This document shows positions 16,417 through 26,167 of a DNA stretch of 55,764 bases, piece after piece. Below the pieces are notes generated by a model. That model had not been told where the DNA came from. It searched no databases and was given only the letters and a program-made list of their open reading frames with translations. Numbering within the stretch: position 1 is the first letter of the stretch; each line of letters starts with the position of its first letter. The stretch is from a virus. Made by a program: the position numbers and the translations under genes. Location: the IMG/VR virus record IMGVR_UViG_3300033402_000018, one strand, 5' to 3'.

Positions 16417-19125
16417 ATGCCCTCCCTTCTTCACAAGCTGAGCTTCTTTGACCCCGAGGTCGGACGCTACTTCGTCGTAGCGAGCGACGGTTTTTACTGG
16501 AAAGAAGCCAAAAAATCACCTGAAGACTCCAAGGTTACAAAGCTGCTGGCTCAATACGGCTGGCAACTCCGAAACGGCAATGACGTGTGGTTGATCTTTA
16601 GACGCCCACGGACGCCGGGGGAGTTGTTCGTAATTCGTGGGGAGAAACGCTGGTATTATGATCTCCCAGATTCCGACCTGTTTGACGTAGCGGCGGAGGG
16701 TAGGGGTCTCGACAGCCTTCAACAGGCAATCGAGAGCGGTAAGCTGCCGGGAGCAAAAGCCAAGGGAATGACCGCCAGCCCCACCACAACGGCCGTCAAT
16801 AACGCCGGAAATGGTCACGGCTCCATGCCGGACGACCAGCTTGAACCAGATACCAAGTACGGCATGATGGGCCGACCGGACTACGGTTCCGGGTACACCG
16901 GAATCATGAACGAGTTGAATGCTGAAGATGATGAATGGAGCAAGGAAGCGTCCATTCTGGTTCTGAACGGCAGCGTAAAGATGGGTTCCACGACAGCGGA
17001 AACCTCGCTCTACGTCACAGGAGCGGAGTATCAAGGCTTGACGCTCACCAAGTTTACCTTCAGCCCTGACCGTCACAAGGCAAAGATTTTCCCAAAGCTT
17101 ACCGCGCAGAATCTCAGTCAACAGATTTTCGGTAAGTTCGCCACGGTTGCTCGTGTCGTGCTCGCCGCCGACTATCGCGAGATGTTTAAGGCTACCCTTG
17201 CGCTCGATCCCAAGTACGATAAAGTAATCAACCGTGAAATTGAGTGGGCTAAGCGCGTCCTCAAGAAGCAGGATCGCATCGTATGGTATCTCCGTTGGGT
17301 TCGTTTGGCTTGCGTGCATGACATGCTTGGCAGGGCGCATCTGGACGAGAACCCGGCTGGCGTTACGGCGGCTGCGGCTGCTCCCGCCCCGGCCCCAAAT
17401 CAGCCCCAGCAGCCCGCGCAGCAACAAAAGAAGCCGCAGACACGCACAGAGCAGATCAAAGCGTTGTACCAGCAGTACGACCGCGAGATGACGAATAAGA
17501 GCGGCGGCGGTGAACTTGTCACGCTGACTGACTTGGTTCACATGAAGCAGAGCCTTGAACACTTCTACTCACTGCACTCGCCAGAGATTGACAACTATAG
17601 CCCCAAGTACGAAAGCTGGAATGATCTCTACGGAAAATTCTCCGTGTTCGAGCAGGCTTGGAAGGAAGAAGCCGGGAAAGCACTCAAACCCAAAGAGGGT
17701 GATGAGATTTGGATTCAGTTCCCGGACGGCTGGGCGTGGTGGCATTTGCCACGCGCATCATGCGAAGACGAAGCTGCGGCGATGGGTCACTGCGGAAACT
17801 CACCTAATGCCAAAGCCAAGGGTGTTTCAATTCTCAGTTTGCGTAGACCGATCAAACGCGGCAATGAGACTCGCTGGGAGCCGCATCTAACTTTCATCCT
17901 GCACGGCACTGTGCTGGGCGAGATGAAAGGTAAGGGAAACGACAAGCCAGCGCCACAGTACCACAAGTACATCATCCCTTTGCTGCTGGATAAACGTATC
18001 ACTGGGGTTGGCGGCGGCGGTTATCTCGCAGAGCACAACTTTTCAATGAACGATTTGACGCCGGAACAACGCGCAGAAATCTCCAAGGCGAAGCCATCAA
18101 TGGGTATGAGCCTAAGCGGTTACTATAAAGCCTACGGCATGGACGATACATTAGCCGCCAGAATCAAGGCGATCCTTGGCATGGACTCGGCAACTTATGA
18201 TCCACAGTGGGGTTTTGCCCTGCGTTCGTGGGATACGCGTGAAGATTTCCTCGATGATGTGGGTGATTCCGAAGCATCGAAGGCCGCCACGTTCGTCCAG
18301 ACCGGGGAGCATGACTACGATGACCCAGACATTGACGAGTTGACCGACCTACTGGACGGCTTTGATGAAGTGGAACTGCATAACCTAGGGTTGCAGTTGC
18401 AGTACGATTATCCACGCGAGATGCGTGAGTGGTACGCGAACTTCAATCCAAATGATCGTGACGCGCTTAAGATGGCGCTTACGGACCTGTACAACGCGTA
18501 CATCAAGGGAGCCAAAGCACAGCATTCAAACCAGCGCAAAGGCTTGGAAAAGAAGATCAAAGAACTGGAAGCCAATGTGTCTGAAGACCCGGCGGCAGCG
18601 AACGAAGTTACTCCGCTGAAAGAGAAGCTGAAGAATTTGCGTCTCGATAAAGTCTGGGAGAAAGTTCCAGCACTGCTTGAATTGTATTCTGCTTATTTGT
18701 CAGGCGGGCCCGATCAAAACACAGTGGATAAACTACTGCGTGAAGCGCTCGAACGTGGCGTGGACGAGAGCGGGACTGAGATTCGTCGTACCAAGGACGG
18801 CAAGTGGCTGCAACTTTTGAGCGAAGAACAGGCAGTTGCCGACGCCGAAGCCGCGCAGAATCGTCACGGCACCGGAGGCTACTATGAGGCCCCGGAAATT
18901 AACGTGAGCATTCCGTATGATTGGGATGAGTTCGATGAAGAACGCGCAAGGGAATCCGCGAAGGAATATTTCAGTCGTCCGCCGAAGCGCCCGGAAGTTG
19001 ATAAGCGGCAGCGCCGTTTGTTCCCGGAACCAAAGACGGAAGAGTCCGCAAAGCGGCACGGAATCACCGTTTCCCATGCAAAGAACCCGCTTCTGCGCCG
19101 CAAGTCGTTAAAAACAAAGGTGTAG
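16417..19125 (+). CDS. large hypothetical protein (902 aa) with low-complexity AAAAPAPAPNQPQQPAQQQKK linker
   Basis: Single uninterrupted 902-aa ORF; no recognised catalytic motif; possibly virion-associated. Confidence 0.6.
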   Translation: MPSLLHKLSFFDPEVGRYFVVASDGFYWKEAKKSPEDSKVTKLLAQYGWQLRNGNDVWLIFRRPRTPGELFVIRGEKRWYYDLPDSDLFDVAAEGRGLDSLQQAIESGKLPGAKAKGMTASPTTTAVNNAGNGHGSMPDDQLEPDTKYGMMGRPDYGSGYTGIMNELNAEDDEWSKEASILVLNGSVKMGSTTAETSLYVTGAEYQGLTLTKFTFSPDRHKAKIFPKLTAQNLSQQIFGKFATVARVVLAADYREMFKATLALDPKYDKVINREIEWAKRVLKKQDRIVWYLRWVRLACVHDMLGRAHLDENPAGVTAAAAAPAPAPNQPQQPAQQQKKPQTRTEQIKALYQQYDREMTNKSGGGELVTLTDLVHMKQSLEHFYSLHSPEIDNYSPKYESWNDLYGKFSVFEQAWKEEAGKALKPKEGDEIWIQFPDGWAWWHLPRASCEDEAAAMGHCGNSPNAKAKGVSILSLRRPIKRGNETRWEPHLTFILHGTVLGEMKGKGNDKPAPQYHKYIIPLLLDKRITGVGGGGYLAEHNFSMNDLTPEQRAEISKAKPSMGMSLSGYYKAYGMDDTLAARIKAILGMDSATYDPQWGFALRSWDTREDFLDDVGDSEASKAATFVQTGEHDYDDPDIDELTDLLDGFDEVELHNLGLQLQYDYPREMREWYANFNPNDRDALKMALTDLYNAYIKGAKAQHSNQRKGLEKKIKELEANVSEDPAAANEVTPLKEKLKNLRLDKVWEKVPALLELYSAYLSGGPDQNTVDKLLREALERGVDESGTEIRRTKDGKWLQLLSEEQAVADAEAAQNRHGTGGYYEAPEINVSIPYDWDEFDEERARESAKEYFSRPPKRPEVDKRQRRLFPEPKTEESAKRHGITVSHAKNPLLRRKSLKTKV

Positions 19126-19168
19126 AAAGTTCACCAAATACGCCGATTCCATCGTATACTAGAGTGGA

Positions 19169-19798
19169 ATGACATTACTCGAACGAGCAATTGAGATCGC
19201 CGTCCACGCCCATGCTGGGCAGATGGACGAAGACGGCTTGCCGCACATCATCCACAGCCTTGAAGTCATGTTCGCTGTGAAACGCCGATTCAGCGGTGAC
19301 CGTTGCCTCGCGCCGATCCTGAAGAAATACACCGAAGAAGAACTACTCATCGCCGCCGTCTTGCACGACACCGTGGAAGATTCCAAGGGTGCGATCACTC
19401 TGGACTACATCAAGTCCGTGTTCGGTGAGAACGTGGCTGAGATCGTAGACAGCGTGACGCGGCGCGGTTTAGGCGAAGGCGAGACGAAAGAGTTTTACCG
19501 GGACTTCATCTATCGCGCCAGACTCAACGAAGGCGGTGCGATCATCAAGCTGAGCGACCTTCACCACAACTTCGGACGCCTGAACAAAATCGCCGCCAGT
19601 AAGAAGAAGTGGCGCGAGAAACTGGAGTTCAAGTACGGAATATCCATCGGCGTCATCACCGACAACATCTCATGGGAGCAAGCATCTTGGAGTGTCCAAC
19701 ACGACGGCCCCCATGCTCACTATTACATTGCTGACCCTAACGGCAAGAAGATCGAAATCCCCGAAGAAGAATTCAATCAGATTTTTGCAAAAAAGTAA
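19169..19798 (+). CDS. (p)ppGpp hydrolase, SpoT/RelA-type HD domain (small alarmone hydrolase-like)
   Basis: AHAGQMDEDGLPHIIHSLEV and AAVLHDTVEDS match the RelA/SpoT hydrolase HD-domain motifs; 209 aa with no synthetase domain. Confidence 0.7.
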   Translation: MTLLERAIEIAVHAHAGQMDEDGLPHIIHSLEVMFAVKRRFSGDRCLAPILKKYTEEELLIAAVLHDTVEDSKGAITLDYIKSVFGENVAEIVDSVTRRGLGEGETKEFYRDFIYRARLNEGGAIIKLSDLHHNFGRLNKIAASKKKWREKLEFKYGISIGVITDNISWEQASWSVQHDGPHAHYYIADPNGKKIEIPEEEFNQIFAKK

Positions 19799-19854
19799 TT
19801 GAGCCGAAATCGAAAGATGTTAGACTGGCATCTAAGTTTTAGAGGGAACGCCTT

Positions 19855-21417
19855 ATGATGACACCGCAGGAAGAACGAATTCTCAACGCGGCACGCCAAA
19901 AGATCGAAGAGCAGCAGGAATTGCTCAGACGCCTGACCGCCCCAGCCTACCACCTTGGGATCGTCTGCGGTGTGTATCCGAAGACCGTGGTTGTGGACAC
20001 AGGTTCCCAACTCTTTGAGCTTGACCGCATCGAAGGCGGACCAGACATCAAGGTTGGTCAGGGCGTTGACATTCATCCGCAGACCGGGCAGATCGCCAAA
20101 GTTTCAGACTTCGTTTCCTACGGAAGCACCGGGACGGTATCGCAGATCGACGGCAACATCATCCAGATCAGTGTTCCGTCCGGCCTCATCACCACCGAAT
20201 ATTCGCTCATCCCGGTAAGCATCGGCGACAAGATCGTGATGAACAGCACGAACCACGTCATCATGAAGAAGCTGCCGACCGCGTCGAAGTATGCCTTCAA
20301 GACGAGCGCCGTGCTGGACTGGAAAGACATCGGCGCTTGCGAAGACGCGAAAAAAGAACTTATCGCCGCGCTCGAAACGCCTTACACCGCATCGCCGCTG
20401 TTCAAATTCTTCAACAAGGATCAGATCAAAGGCGCACTACTTTGGGGACGCCCCGGCAACGGCAAGACTTTGCTTGGACGAGCCGCCGCTGGCGCACTGG
20501 CGCGTATGCACGGCGTGGAAGCTAGGGACTCAGGCTTTATCTACATCAAGGGGCCAGAAATCCTTGACAAGTACGTTGGCGAAACTGAATCTCAGATTCG
20601 CGAAGCTTTCGCCTATGCCAAAGCGCACTTCAAGAAACACGGCTATCCGGCTGTCATGTTCGTGGACGAAGCGGACGCCGTAATGATGCGCCGTGGTTCG
20701 CGCACCGCATCCGGCATGGAAATGACCATCGTCCCGCAGTTCCTTTCTGAGATGGACGGCATCGAAGACAGCGGCGTGTTCGTGCTGCTGGCTACCAACC
20801 GTGCGGATACGCTCGATCCGGCAATCATTCGTCCCGGTCGCTGCGACCGCCGCGTCCATGTGGCACCACCCAACAAGCTCAACGCCCCGGAGATTTGGGA
20901 CATTCACATGCGCAAAGTGCCTGTAACTAACGGCGTGAGCAAAGAACAGTTGATCCAGAGCGTGAATGACACGCTGTTCAGCGAGCAATTTCCGCTCTAT
21001 TTGATTGACACGCCCAACGGACGCAAGACGTTCAGCCTTGGGAATCTTGTGTCAGGCGCTATGATCGCGGGAGCCGTGGAACGGGCATCAGCCATTGGCA
21101 TTGACCGTAATCTCATGGCCCTGTGCGGCACAACTCAGCCGACGCAGGATCAGCTTGCAAAGGTTGACCCAAAGAAATTTGACGGTCTCTCGCAAGGGGA
21201 CTTCACCGCCGCGCTTGCCGCCATGCACAAAGAGCAGTACGGCATGAACCATTTCGATGAACTGCGTGAGTTTATCGACATGCAGAAGCTCGAAGTCACG
21301 TCCATTGAGCAATGCCACGATGGGCAAAAGATCGAACGCCCGAAGCCGCAGCCGCGCAAGGAACCAGAGATCATCGGTGTTATTCCAATGCCGACAGGGA
21401 AGAAGTTCGACGCATAA
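19855..21417 (+). CDS. proteasome-associated ATPase family AAA+ protein (Mpa/ARC/PAN-like)
   Basis: N-terminal coiled coil then OB-like region (YHLGIVCGVYPKTVVVDTGSQLFEL). Walker A GRPGNGKT. ARC-specific insertion FIYIKGPEILDKYVGETESQIR (compare Mpa [22 protein letters not shown]). Walker B VMFVDEAD. TIVPQFLSEMDGIE...LLATNRADTLDPAIIRPGRCDRRVHV (compare Mpa TVVPQLLSEIDGVE...ASNREDMIDPAILRPGRLD). Confidence 0.8.
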   Translation: MMTPQEERILNAARQKIEEQQELLRRLTAPAYHLGIVCGVYPKTVVVDTGSQLFELDRIEGGPDIKVGQGVDIHPQTGQIAKVSDFVSYGSTGTVSQIDGNIIQISVPSGLITTEYSLIPVSIGDKIVMNSTNHVIMKKLPTASKYAFKTSAVLDWKDIGACEDAKKELIAALETPYTASPLFKFFNKDQIKGALLWGRPGNGKTLLGRAAAGALARMHGVEARDSGFIYIKGPEILDKYVGETESQIREAFAYAKAHFKKHGYPAVMFVDEADAVMMRRGSRTASGMEMTIVPQFLSEMDGIEDSGVFVLLATNRADTLDPAIIRPGRCDRRVHVAPPNKLNAPEIWDIHMRKVPVTNGVSKEQLIQSVNDTLFSEQFPLYLIDTPNGRKTFSLGNLVSGAMIAGAVERASAIGIDRNLMALCGTTQPTQDQLAKVDPKKFDGLSQGDFTAALAAMHKEQYGMNHFDELREFIDMQKLEVTSIEQCHDGQKIERPKPQPRKEPEIIGVIPMPTGKKFDA

Positions 21418-21426
21418 GGGGAAGTC

Positions 21427-21639
21427 ATGAGCCAGAGACAGATCGAGAGACCGCAAGAGAAAAAGCCACGTCCGGCTGGCAATCAAGGGCCAACACTGGA
21501 TGTCAACATTGACATTGGCGGCGAAGAAGTTGATGACATCTTGCGCGATCTGGATGTGATCGAGCACCCGGAAAAATACTCGCAAGAACAGCGCGATTGC
21601 CAGTGTTTCCGCCCGTCAAGGGGCGGTGGATTCAGATAA
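21427..21639 (+). CDS. small acidic protein, candidate Pup-like (prokaryotic ubiquitin-like) tag
   Basis: 70 aa; disordered basic/Gly N-half then acidic amphipathic segment GGEEVDDILRDLDVIEHPEKY resembling the Pup helix (EETDDLLDEIDDVLEENAEDFVRAY); immediately downstream of the Mpa-like ATPase; C-terminus ends RGGGFR, not a canonical GGQ/GGE. Confidence 0.4.
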   Translation: MSQRQIERPQEKKPRPAGNQGPTLDVNIDIGGEEVDDILRDLDVIEHPEKYSQEQRDCQCFRPSRGGGFR

Positions 21640-21956
21640 TGCAGAAACGAGAGCAAAGACCGTTGCTGCCCGTCAGCAAACGTGGTCAAATCTCGCCGAT
21701 GCAGGTTGAAGTGGCGTCGGCGGACAGCGTGCTGCATGTTCTCGACAGCTACAGGAAGAACCTTGCGGACTTGCTCCGTAAGACAGACGTAGCCGAAAAA
21801 ACGAAAGAATCTCACTGTGACATCAATTGTGAGTGTCCGCCGTGTATTTCCGGCGATTGCTCGAACTGTGTTGTTGACCGATTGAAGAAAACGCGTCAGT
21901 TCGGTGATCCAGCCATTGTTGATGCGTGCAACCAATATCGCGGGGGGAAAATGTGA
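21639..21956 (+). CDS. hypothetical Cys-rich protein
   Basis: TAATG overlap; CDINCECPPCISGDCSNC cluster; ends QYRGGKM. Confidence 0.4.
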   Translation: MQKREQRPLLPVSKRGQISPMQVEVASADSVLHVLDSYRKNLADLLRKTDVAEKTKESHCDINCECPPCISGDCSNCVVDRLKKTRQFGDPAIVDACNQYRGGKM

Positions 21957-22264
21957 ACGAATTTCTCAAACTGGTTTACCTCAGCATTGCGGTTGGTGCG
22001 ATCAGCTTGGTCATCACGAAGAGCCAGATTTTCAATGCCTTTCACGCTTGGCTTGAGAAGCGTTCTCTCTTTCTCGAAGACATGTTATCCTGTCCTTGGT
22101 GTACCAGCCATTGGGTTTCCCTGTTCTTCGTTCTCGTCTACCATCCACTGGTGGTAAACGTCTGGGCACCGCTTGACTACTTCGTGAGTATCATGATTGT
22201 GGTCGCGCTGTCTTCAATAACTGCAAGATTGATCTGGTCGGCGTATAAGCCGATGATGGGATAG
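21926..22264 (+). CDS. small membrane protein
   Basis: Three hydrophobic helices; alternative GTG start ~21953 overlapping the upstream stop. Confidence 0.45.
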   Translation: MQPISRGENVNEFLKLVYLSIAVGAISLVITKSQIFNAFHAWLEKRSLFLEDMLSCPWCTSHWVSLFFVLVYHPLVVNVWAPLDYFVSIMIVVALSSITARLIWSAYKPMMG

Positions 22265-22274
22265 CCGGAGGAGT

Positions 22275-24353
22275 ATGACTAACAAAGAACTGGTGCAGAT
22301 GTTCAACGCCGATCTGGAAGCAGCGCGGGACGCCTACTACAAGAAGGCGGAACCGATCATGACCGACGCGGAATATGACGCTATGGAAAAGAGTCTCCGC
22401 AATCTCATTACCGTGTTTCCGGGACTCGCCGAGTTCGCACCTGTCCTGAAGACGGTCGGCTCTGACCTTACGTCCAGTGGGCGCATCAAACACGCTGTCC
22501 CGATGCTCAGCATCGAAAACCAGTACACTGAAGAGGATTTCACTGGTCAGTATGACAAGTGGGGCGCGAACATGCCTGTTGTGCTGGAGCCGAAGTTTGA
22601 CGGCATCAGCGTCTCCATCCTGTATCTCAACGGCGTGCTTGAACGGGCGCTGACTCGCGGCGACGGCACGTCCGGCGAGAACATCACCGCAGCGGTTAAA
22701 GCGGTCAAATCCATCCCCCAGACTCTTCCGATAGATGTGTTCACCAGCCAATGCGAGATTCGCGGTGAGCTTGTGATGGCAAACGCCACACTCGAACGCA
22801 TCAACCGGGAAGCGGCGGCGATAGGCGGTAAGCAGTATTCCAGCACGCGCAACTTGACTGCCGGAACGATGAAGCAGCGTGACATGGACATCGTTGCCAG
22901 TCGAGACATTTTGCTCATGCCGTGGGATGTGCTTAGTGTCAGCGCTTGGAAAGATGGCAAGCAGTTATTGCCGGACAGCCGTTACGAGCGCTTGCTTCTA
23001 CTGAGCGAACACGGCTTTGAAGAGCCAAAGGGTATTCGTTGCTTCCTTCGGGATGCGATCATCCCGGCGCTTCACATTCTCCTGAAGCACAACAAAGAGC
23101 GTGCAGTTAATTGTGACGGCGTTGTCATGAAGGTAGATAGTGTGACCGCGTGCAAAGAGCTTGGCAACGGCTCCAAATACACGAACTGGCAGACCTGCTT
23201 CAAACCACAGTCTGCGTCCGGCACTACATACTTGCGTGAGATTCAATGGCAAGTGGGGCGCACGGGCGTCATCAGTCCGGTTGCGAAATGTGACGTGGTT
23301 GTCTTGGCTAGTGCTAACGTCACCAGTGCCAGCTTGAACAACATCACGTTCATCCGCAAGATGGGCCTGAAGCTGGGCGCGAAAGTTGAAATGCTGCGCT
23401 CCGGCGATGTCATCCCGCAGATCGTGCGCGTCATTGATGACGGTGACGAAGAGATCAACCCTCCAACTCACTGTCCTGAATGCAACAGTCTGACGGAGTT
23501 GCGGGACGAAGGCGGGCAAGGCATTATCCAGTGCTTCTGCACCAGCCCGTTCTGCCCCGCACAGATCATAGGCTACCTTTCGTTCGTCGGCAGTCGTGAC
23601 GTTCTGGAGATCGACGGTCTGGGGCCGGAAATGGCGCGTAAGCTGGTCGAAGGTGAGTTCACTCGCGATCTTGCTGAGCTTTATGAATTTCAGCAGGACA
23701 TGATGAACATCCTCACGAAATTTGACGAGGAAACACTGATTCGCGGCGGACGCAAAAAAGGCTTTGACGCCACTCTTCCGAAGATGGTTCGGTCATTGGA
23801 GAAGGCGAAAACCGCGCCGTGGGAACGCTGGATCAAAGCGCTTGGCATTCCGATGATTGGCGAGACGCTGGGCAAGGTGGTCGCGTCTACTCTCGATCTT
23901 CAGGAAAAGAGCATGGCTACGCTGGATGTTGACCTGATCCTTTTTGCCGGGAAAGAAGTAGACGGGTTCGGTGAAGCCAAGATGAGCGCGATCCGAAGCT
24001 GGGCGGAACGAAACGGTGAACTCTGCCGGAAGCTCTACGGACTTGGTATTCGTCCTACTCCGATGGAAAAGGTGGTGGTCGCCGAAGGCGCACCACTGAA
24101 AGGTGTCGTCTTCTGCATCACCGGGGAGTTCAGCGAAGACCGCGATGCCCTGACGAAGAAGCTGGTTGCGCTTGGCGCGGAAGCGAAGTCCGGTGTCACT
24201 AAGAAAATCAACCTCTTAATCGTCGGGGAGAGCGCCGGAAAAACAAAATTGACCAAAGCCAAGGAACTTGGCATCAAACAGGTAGGCAAAGAGTGGCTGG
24301 AACAGGCGCTTGGCGGACTTAAGCCTGATACCTTCGCCGCTGAGAGGGCGTAA
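22275..24353 (+). CDS. ligA: NAD+-dependent DNA ligase LigA
   Basis: N-terminal Ia-like domain (EAARDAYY...DAEYDAM), KxDG adenylation motif (LEPKFDGISV), OB and Zn-finger (CPECNS...C..C), HhH region, C-terminal BRCT (VFCITGEFS...LLIVGESAG). Confidence 0.9.
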   Translation: MTNKELVQMFNADLEAARDAYYKKAEPIMTDAEYDAMEKSLRNLITVFPGLAEFAPVLKTVGSDLTSSGRIKHAVPMLSIENQYTEEDFTGQYDKWGANMPVVLEPKFDGISVSILYLNGVLERALTRGDGTSGENITAAVKAVKSIPQTLPIDVFTSQCEIRGELVMANATLERINREAAAIGGKQYSSTRNLTAGTMKQRDMDIVASRDILLMPWDVLSVSAWKDGKQLLPDSRYERLLLLSEHGFEEPKGIRCFLRDAIIPALHILLKHNKERAVNCDGVVMKVDSVTACKELGNGSKYTNWQTCFKPQSASGTTYLREIQWQVGRTGVISPVAKCDVVVLASANVTSASLNNITFIRKMGLKLGAKVEMLRSGDVIPQIVRVIDDGDEEINPPTHCPECNSLTELRDEGGQGIIQCFCTSPFCPAQIIGYLSFVGSRDVLEIDGLGPEMARKLVEGEFTRDLAELYEFQQDMMNILTKFDEETLIRGGRKKGFDATLPKMVRSLEKAKTAPWERWIKALGIPMIGETLGKVVASTLDLQEKSMATLDVDLILFAGKEVDGFGEAKMSAIRSWAERNGELCRKLYGLGIRPTPMEKVVVAEGAPLKGVVFCITGEFSEDRDALTKKLVALGAEAKSGVTKKINLLIVGESAGKTKLTKAKELGIKQVGKEWLEQALGGLKPDTFAAERA

Positions 24354-24613
24354 TGCACGATCTGCATGTAGGGCACATTCTCTTCTACTTGGTCGCGTTT
24401 GAAATCGCGGCTTTCGTTCTGACTTCCGTCATCCTGCTCATTAAGTGGACGCGAGCAGGGCACCCATTTAGTTCCGCGTGGGGCATAGTTTTCGGCAGTG
24501 AAGTTCGTTTCTTCGAGTTCCTGCCGCTGTTCGTGACCATCAACGGGATTAGCTTTGTGATCTGGATTCTATGGCTCGTCGCGTCCCACTTCGGCATAAC
24601 GTTGTCTTGGTGA
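24353..24613 (+). CDS. small membrane protein
   Basis: TAATG overlap; three hydrophobic helices. Confidence 0.45.
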   Translation: MHDLHVGHILFYLVAFEIAAFVLTSVILLIKWTRAGHPFSSAWGIVFGSEVRFFEFLPLFVTINGISFVIWILWLVASHFGITLSW

Positions 24614-24616
24614 TCT

Positions 24617-25390
24617 ATGTTTTCTGAAGCGCTCAAAATCGAGATCAAAGCCTACGTTTGGAACGAAGGCGAGACGCCCATTGAGCTTGTGTGGGATGGG
24701 CCGGACAATTTCGACCACATCCAGCACCAGCTTCGTGACCATCTCAACGAGAAAGATTTCGGTAAGATCGTCGCCGTTCATGGCACCGGATTGGACGCCG
24801 ATCTGACGGAGCTTCACTATCGAGCTTTCACCGATCCGTTCCGTGGGCGCAAGATCGTTGCTGGCGTCACAGCGGAAGATTGCCAGAACCAGTATGAAGA
24901 AGTCATCACCAACTACCACCAAAAGGTGTTCAGCCCCCGCGACTTGTATCAGTTGAAGCCAGCGGACACAAGCTATTTCCTGTGGCATTTTGTGTCTGTT
25001 CACCTTCAGGAGGAACTTGGTATCTACGATCTGGATTTGGATTCTGCCGAAGAAGGCAAGCGGATCGAGATTCGCACCATCGCTGACATTTGCCATGACG
25101 GGCGGCGCACGTGGACGTTGCAGACAGTTTGGTTCGACGGCGTTCCGGTTATGGTGGTCAACAGCAGTGGGCGAGACGGCGACGAATATCACCAGCGCTG
25201 GATTACGAACCTGACGCAGTTCGGTGAACTGCTTAACTATTTGCGGAACTTCACCAAGAGACAGATTGAAGGTTTTGTGGCTGAAGACACGATCATCCCC
25301 AACATGACGGAGTTCTACGGCGGCACGATTCATGACTTTTACGATGTCGTTAGCCAGCGGCCGATTCCGGCGAAAGTCCGAATTGGGTAG
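24617..25390 (+). CDS. hypothetical protein
   Basis: 257 aa ORF. Confidence 0.5.
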   Translation: MFSEALKIEIKAYVWNEGETPIELVWDGPDNFDHIQHQLRDHLNEKDFGKIVAVHGTGLDADLTELHYRAFTDPFRGRKIVAGVTAEDCQNQYEEVITNYHQKVFSPRDLYQLKPADTSYFLWHFVSVHLQEELGIYDLDLDSAEEGKRIEIRTIADICHDGRRTWTLQTVWFDGVPVMVVNSSGRDGDEYHQRWITNLTQFGELLNYLRNFTKRQIEGFVAEDTIIPNMTEFYGGTIHDFYDVVSQRPIPAKVRIG

Positions 25391-25444
25391 ATTTTTTGAA
25401 TCGCTTTACGGTAAGATGGAATCTTAGAGCGTAGGAGCAATATT

Positions 25445-26113
25445 ATGTCCAAACTGAGCGATGCACTCAAACACATTCCCGGCGCAAGCGCCATTGTTGA
25501 TTTTGACGAAGATACGAAGCCAGCGCCAGTCCCAACCAAGCCCGTTTCAGAGCACCCGGCGTTCAACTTGACCCCCGGAGCTTTCAGCGCCGCACCAGCG
25601 GTCCCAGCATCCGGCTCGCCGTTCGCGGTTCCAAGCACCGTGGTGATTGACGAAGGCGTGTACCAGAGCATTCTGAAAAAGACCAACTTTGACGCGACGT
25701 CGGTCGGTCAGACGATCCACAAGTATTACGATGCCCTCGAAGGCACCGGGATGGACCCGAACGCACGGTTCAAAGCAGCATTGAAACAAGCCGCCGCGCT
25801 GGATCACATTGCACCTGACCAAGTTCTTGCGACATTCGATCAGTTGACCGCCGCGCTGGAGAAAGACGCGCAGGGATTCGCCGGAGTTGCTTCGAGCGTG
25901 GAAGCCAAGGAAATCACTGCACGCCAGCAGAAGTTGCAGGACATCGCACAGCAAATCGCGCAGCTTCAACAGCAACAGACACAGGTTCAGGGTGAGCTTG
26001 TTGACGCGCAGACCACGCACGCCAACGCGACCGCCCAATACAACATGGCAAAGCAGCGCCGGGAGCAGGAAATCACCGCTCAGAAGGCGCAGTTCGCGGC
26101 CCTGTTGAAATAA
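25445..26113 (+). CDS. hypothetical protein with Q-rich C-terminal coiled coil
   Basis: AGGAG-like RBS (gtaggagca) before the ATG; C-terminal QQKLQDIAQQIAQLQQQQTQVQ. Confidence 0.5.
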   Translation: MSKLSDALKHIPGASAIVDFDEDTKPAPVPTKPVSEHPAFNLTPGAFSAAPAVPASGSPFAVPSTVVIDEGVYQSILKKTNFDATSVGQTIHKYYDALEGTGMDPNARFKAALKQAAALDHIAPDQVLATFDQLTAALEKDAQGFAGVASSVEAKEITARQQKLQDIAQQIAQLQQQQTQVQGELVDAQTTHANATAQYNMAKQRREQEITAQKAQFAALLK

Positions 26114-26139
26114 CGAGCTTGCCGCTCGTAGCTTAATGC

Positions 26140-26167
26140 GTGGCAAACCGTGCGCACGGTTTGCCAC
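26140..26167. repeat. 28-bp perfect palindrome
   Basis: GTGGCAAACCGTGCGCACGGTTTGCCAC; not followed by a T-run. Confidence 0.7.

Noticed and set aside
16516-17562. 348-aa minus-strand ORF
   Set aside because: Lies inside and antisense to the 902-aa plus-strand ORF.
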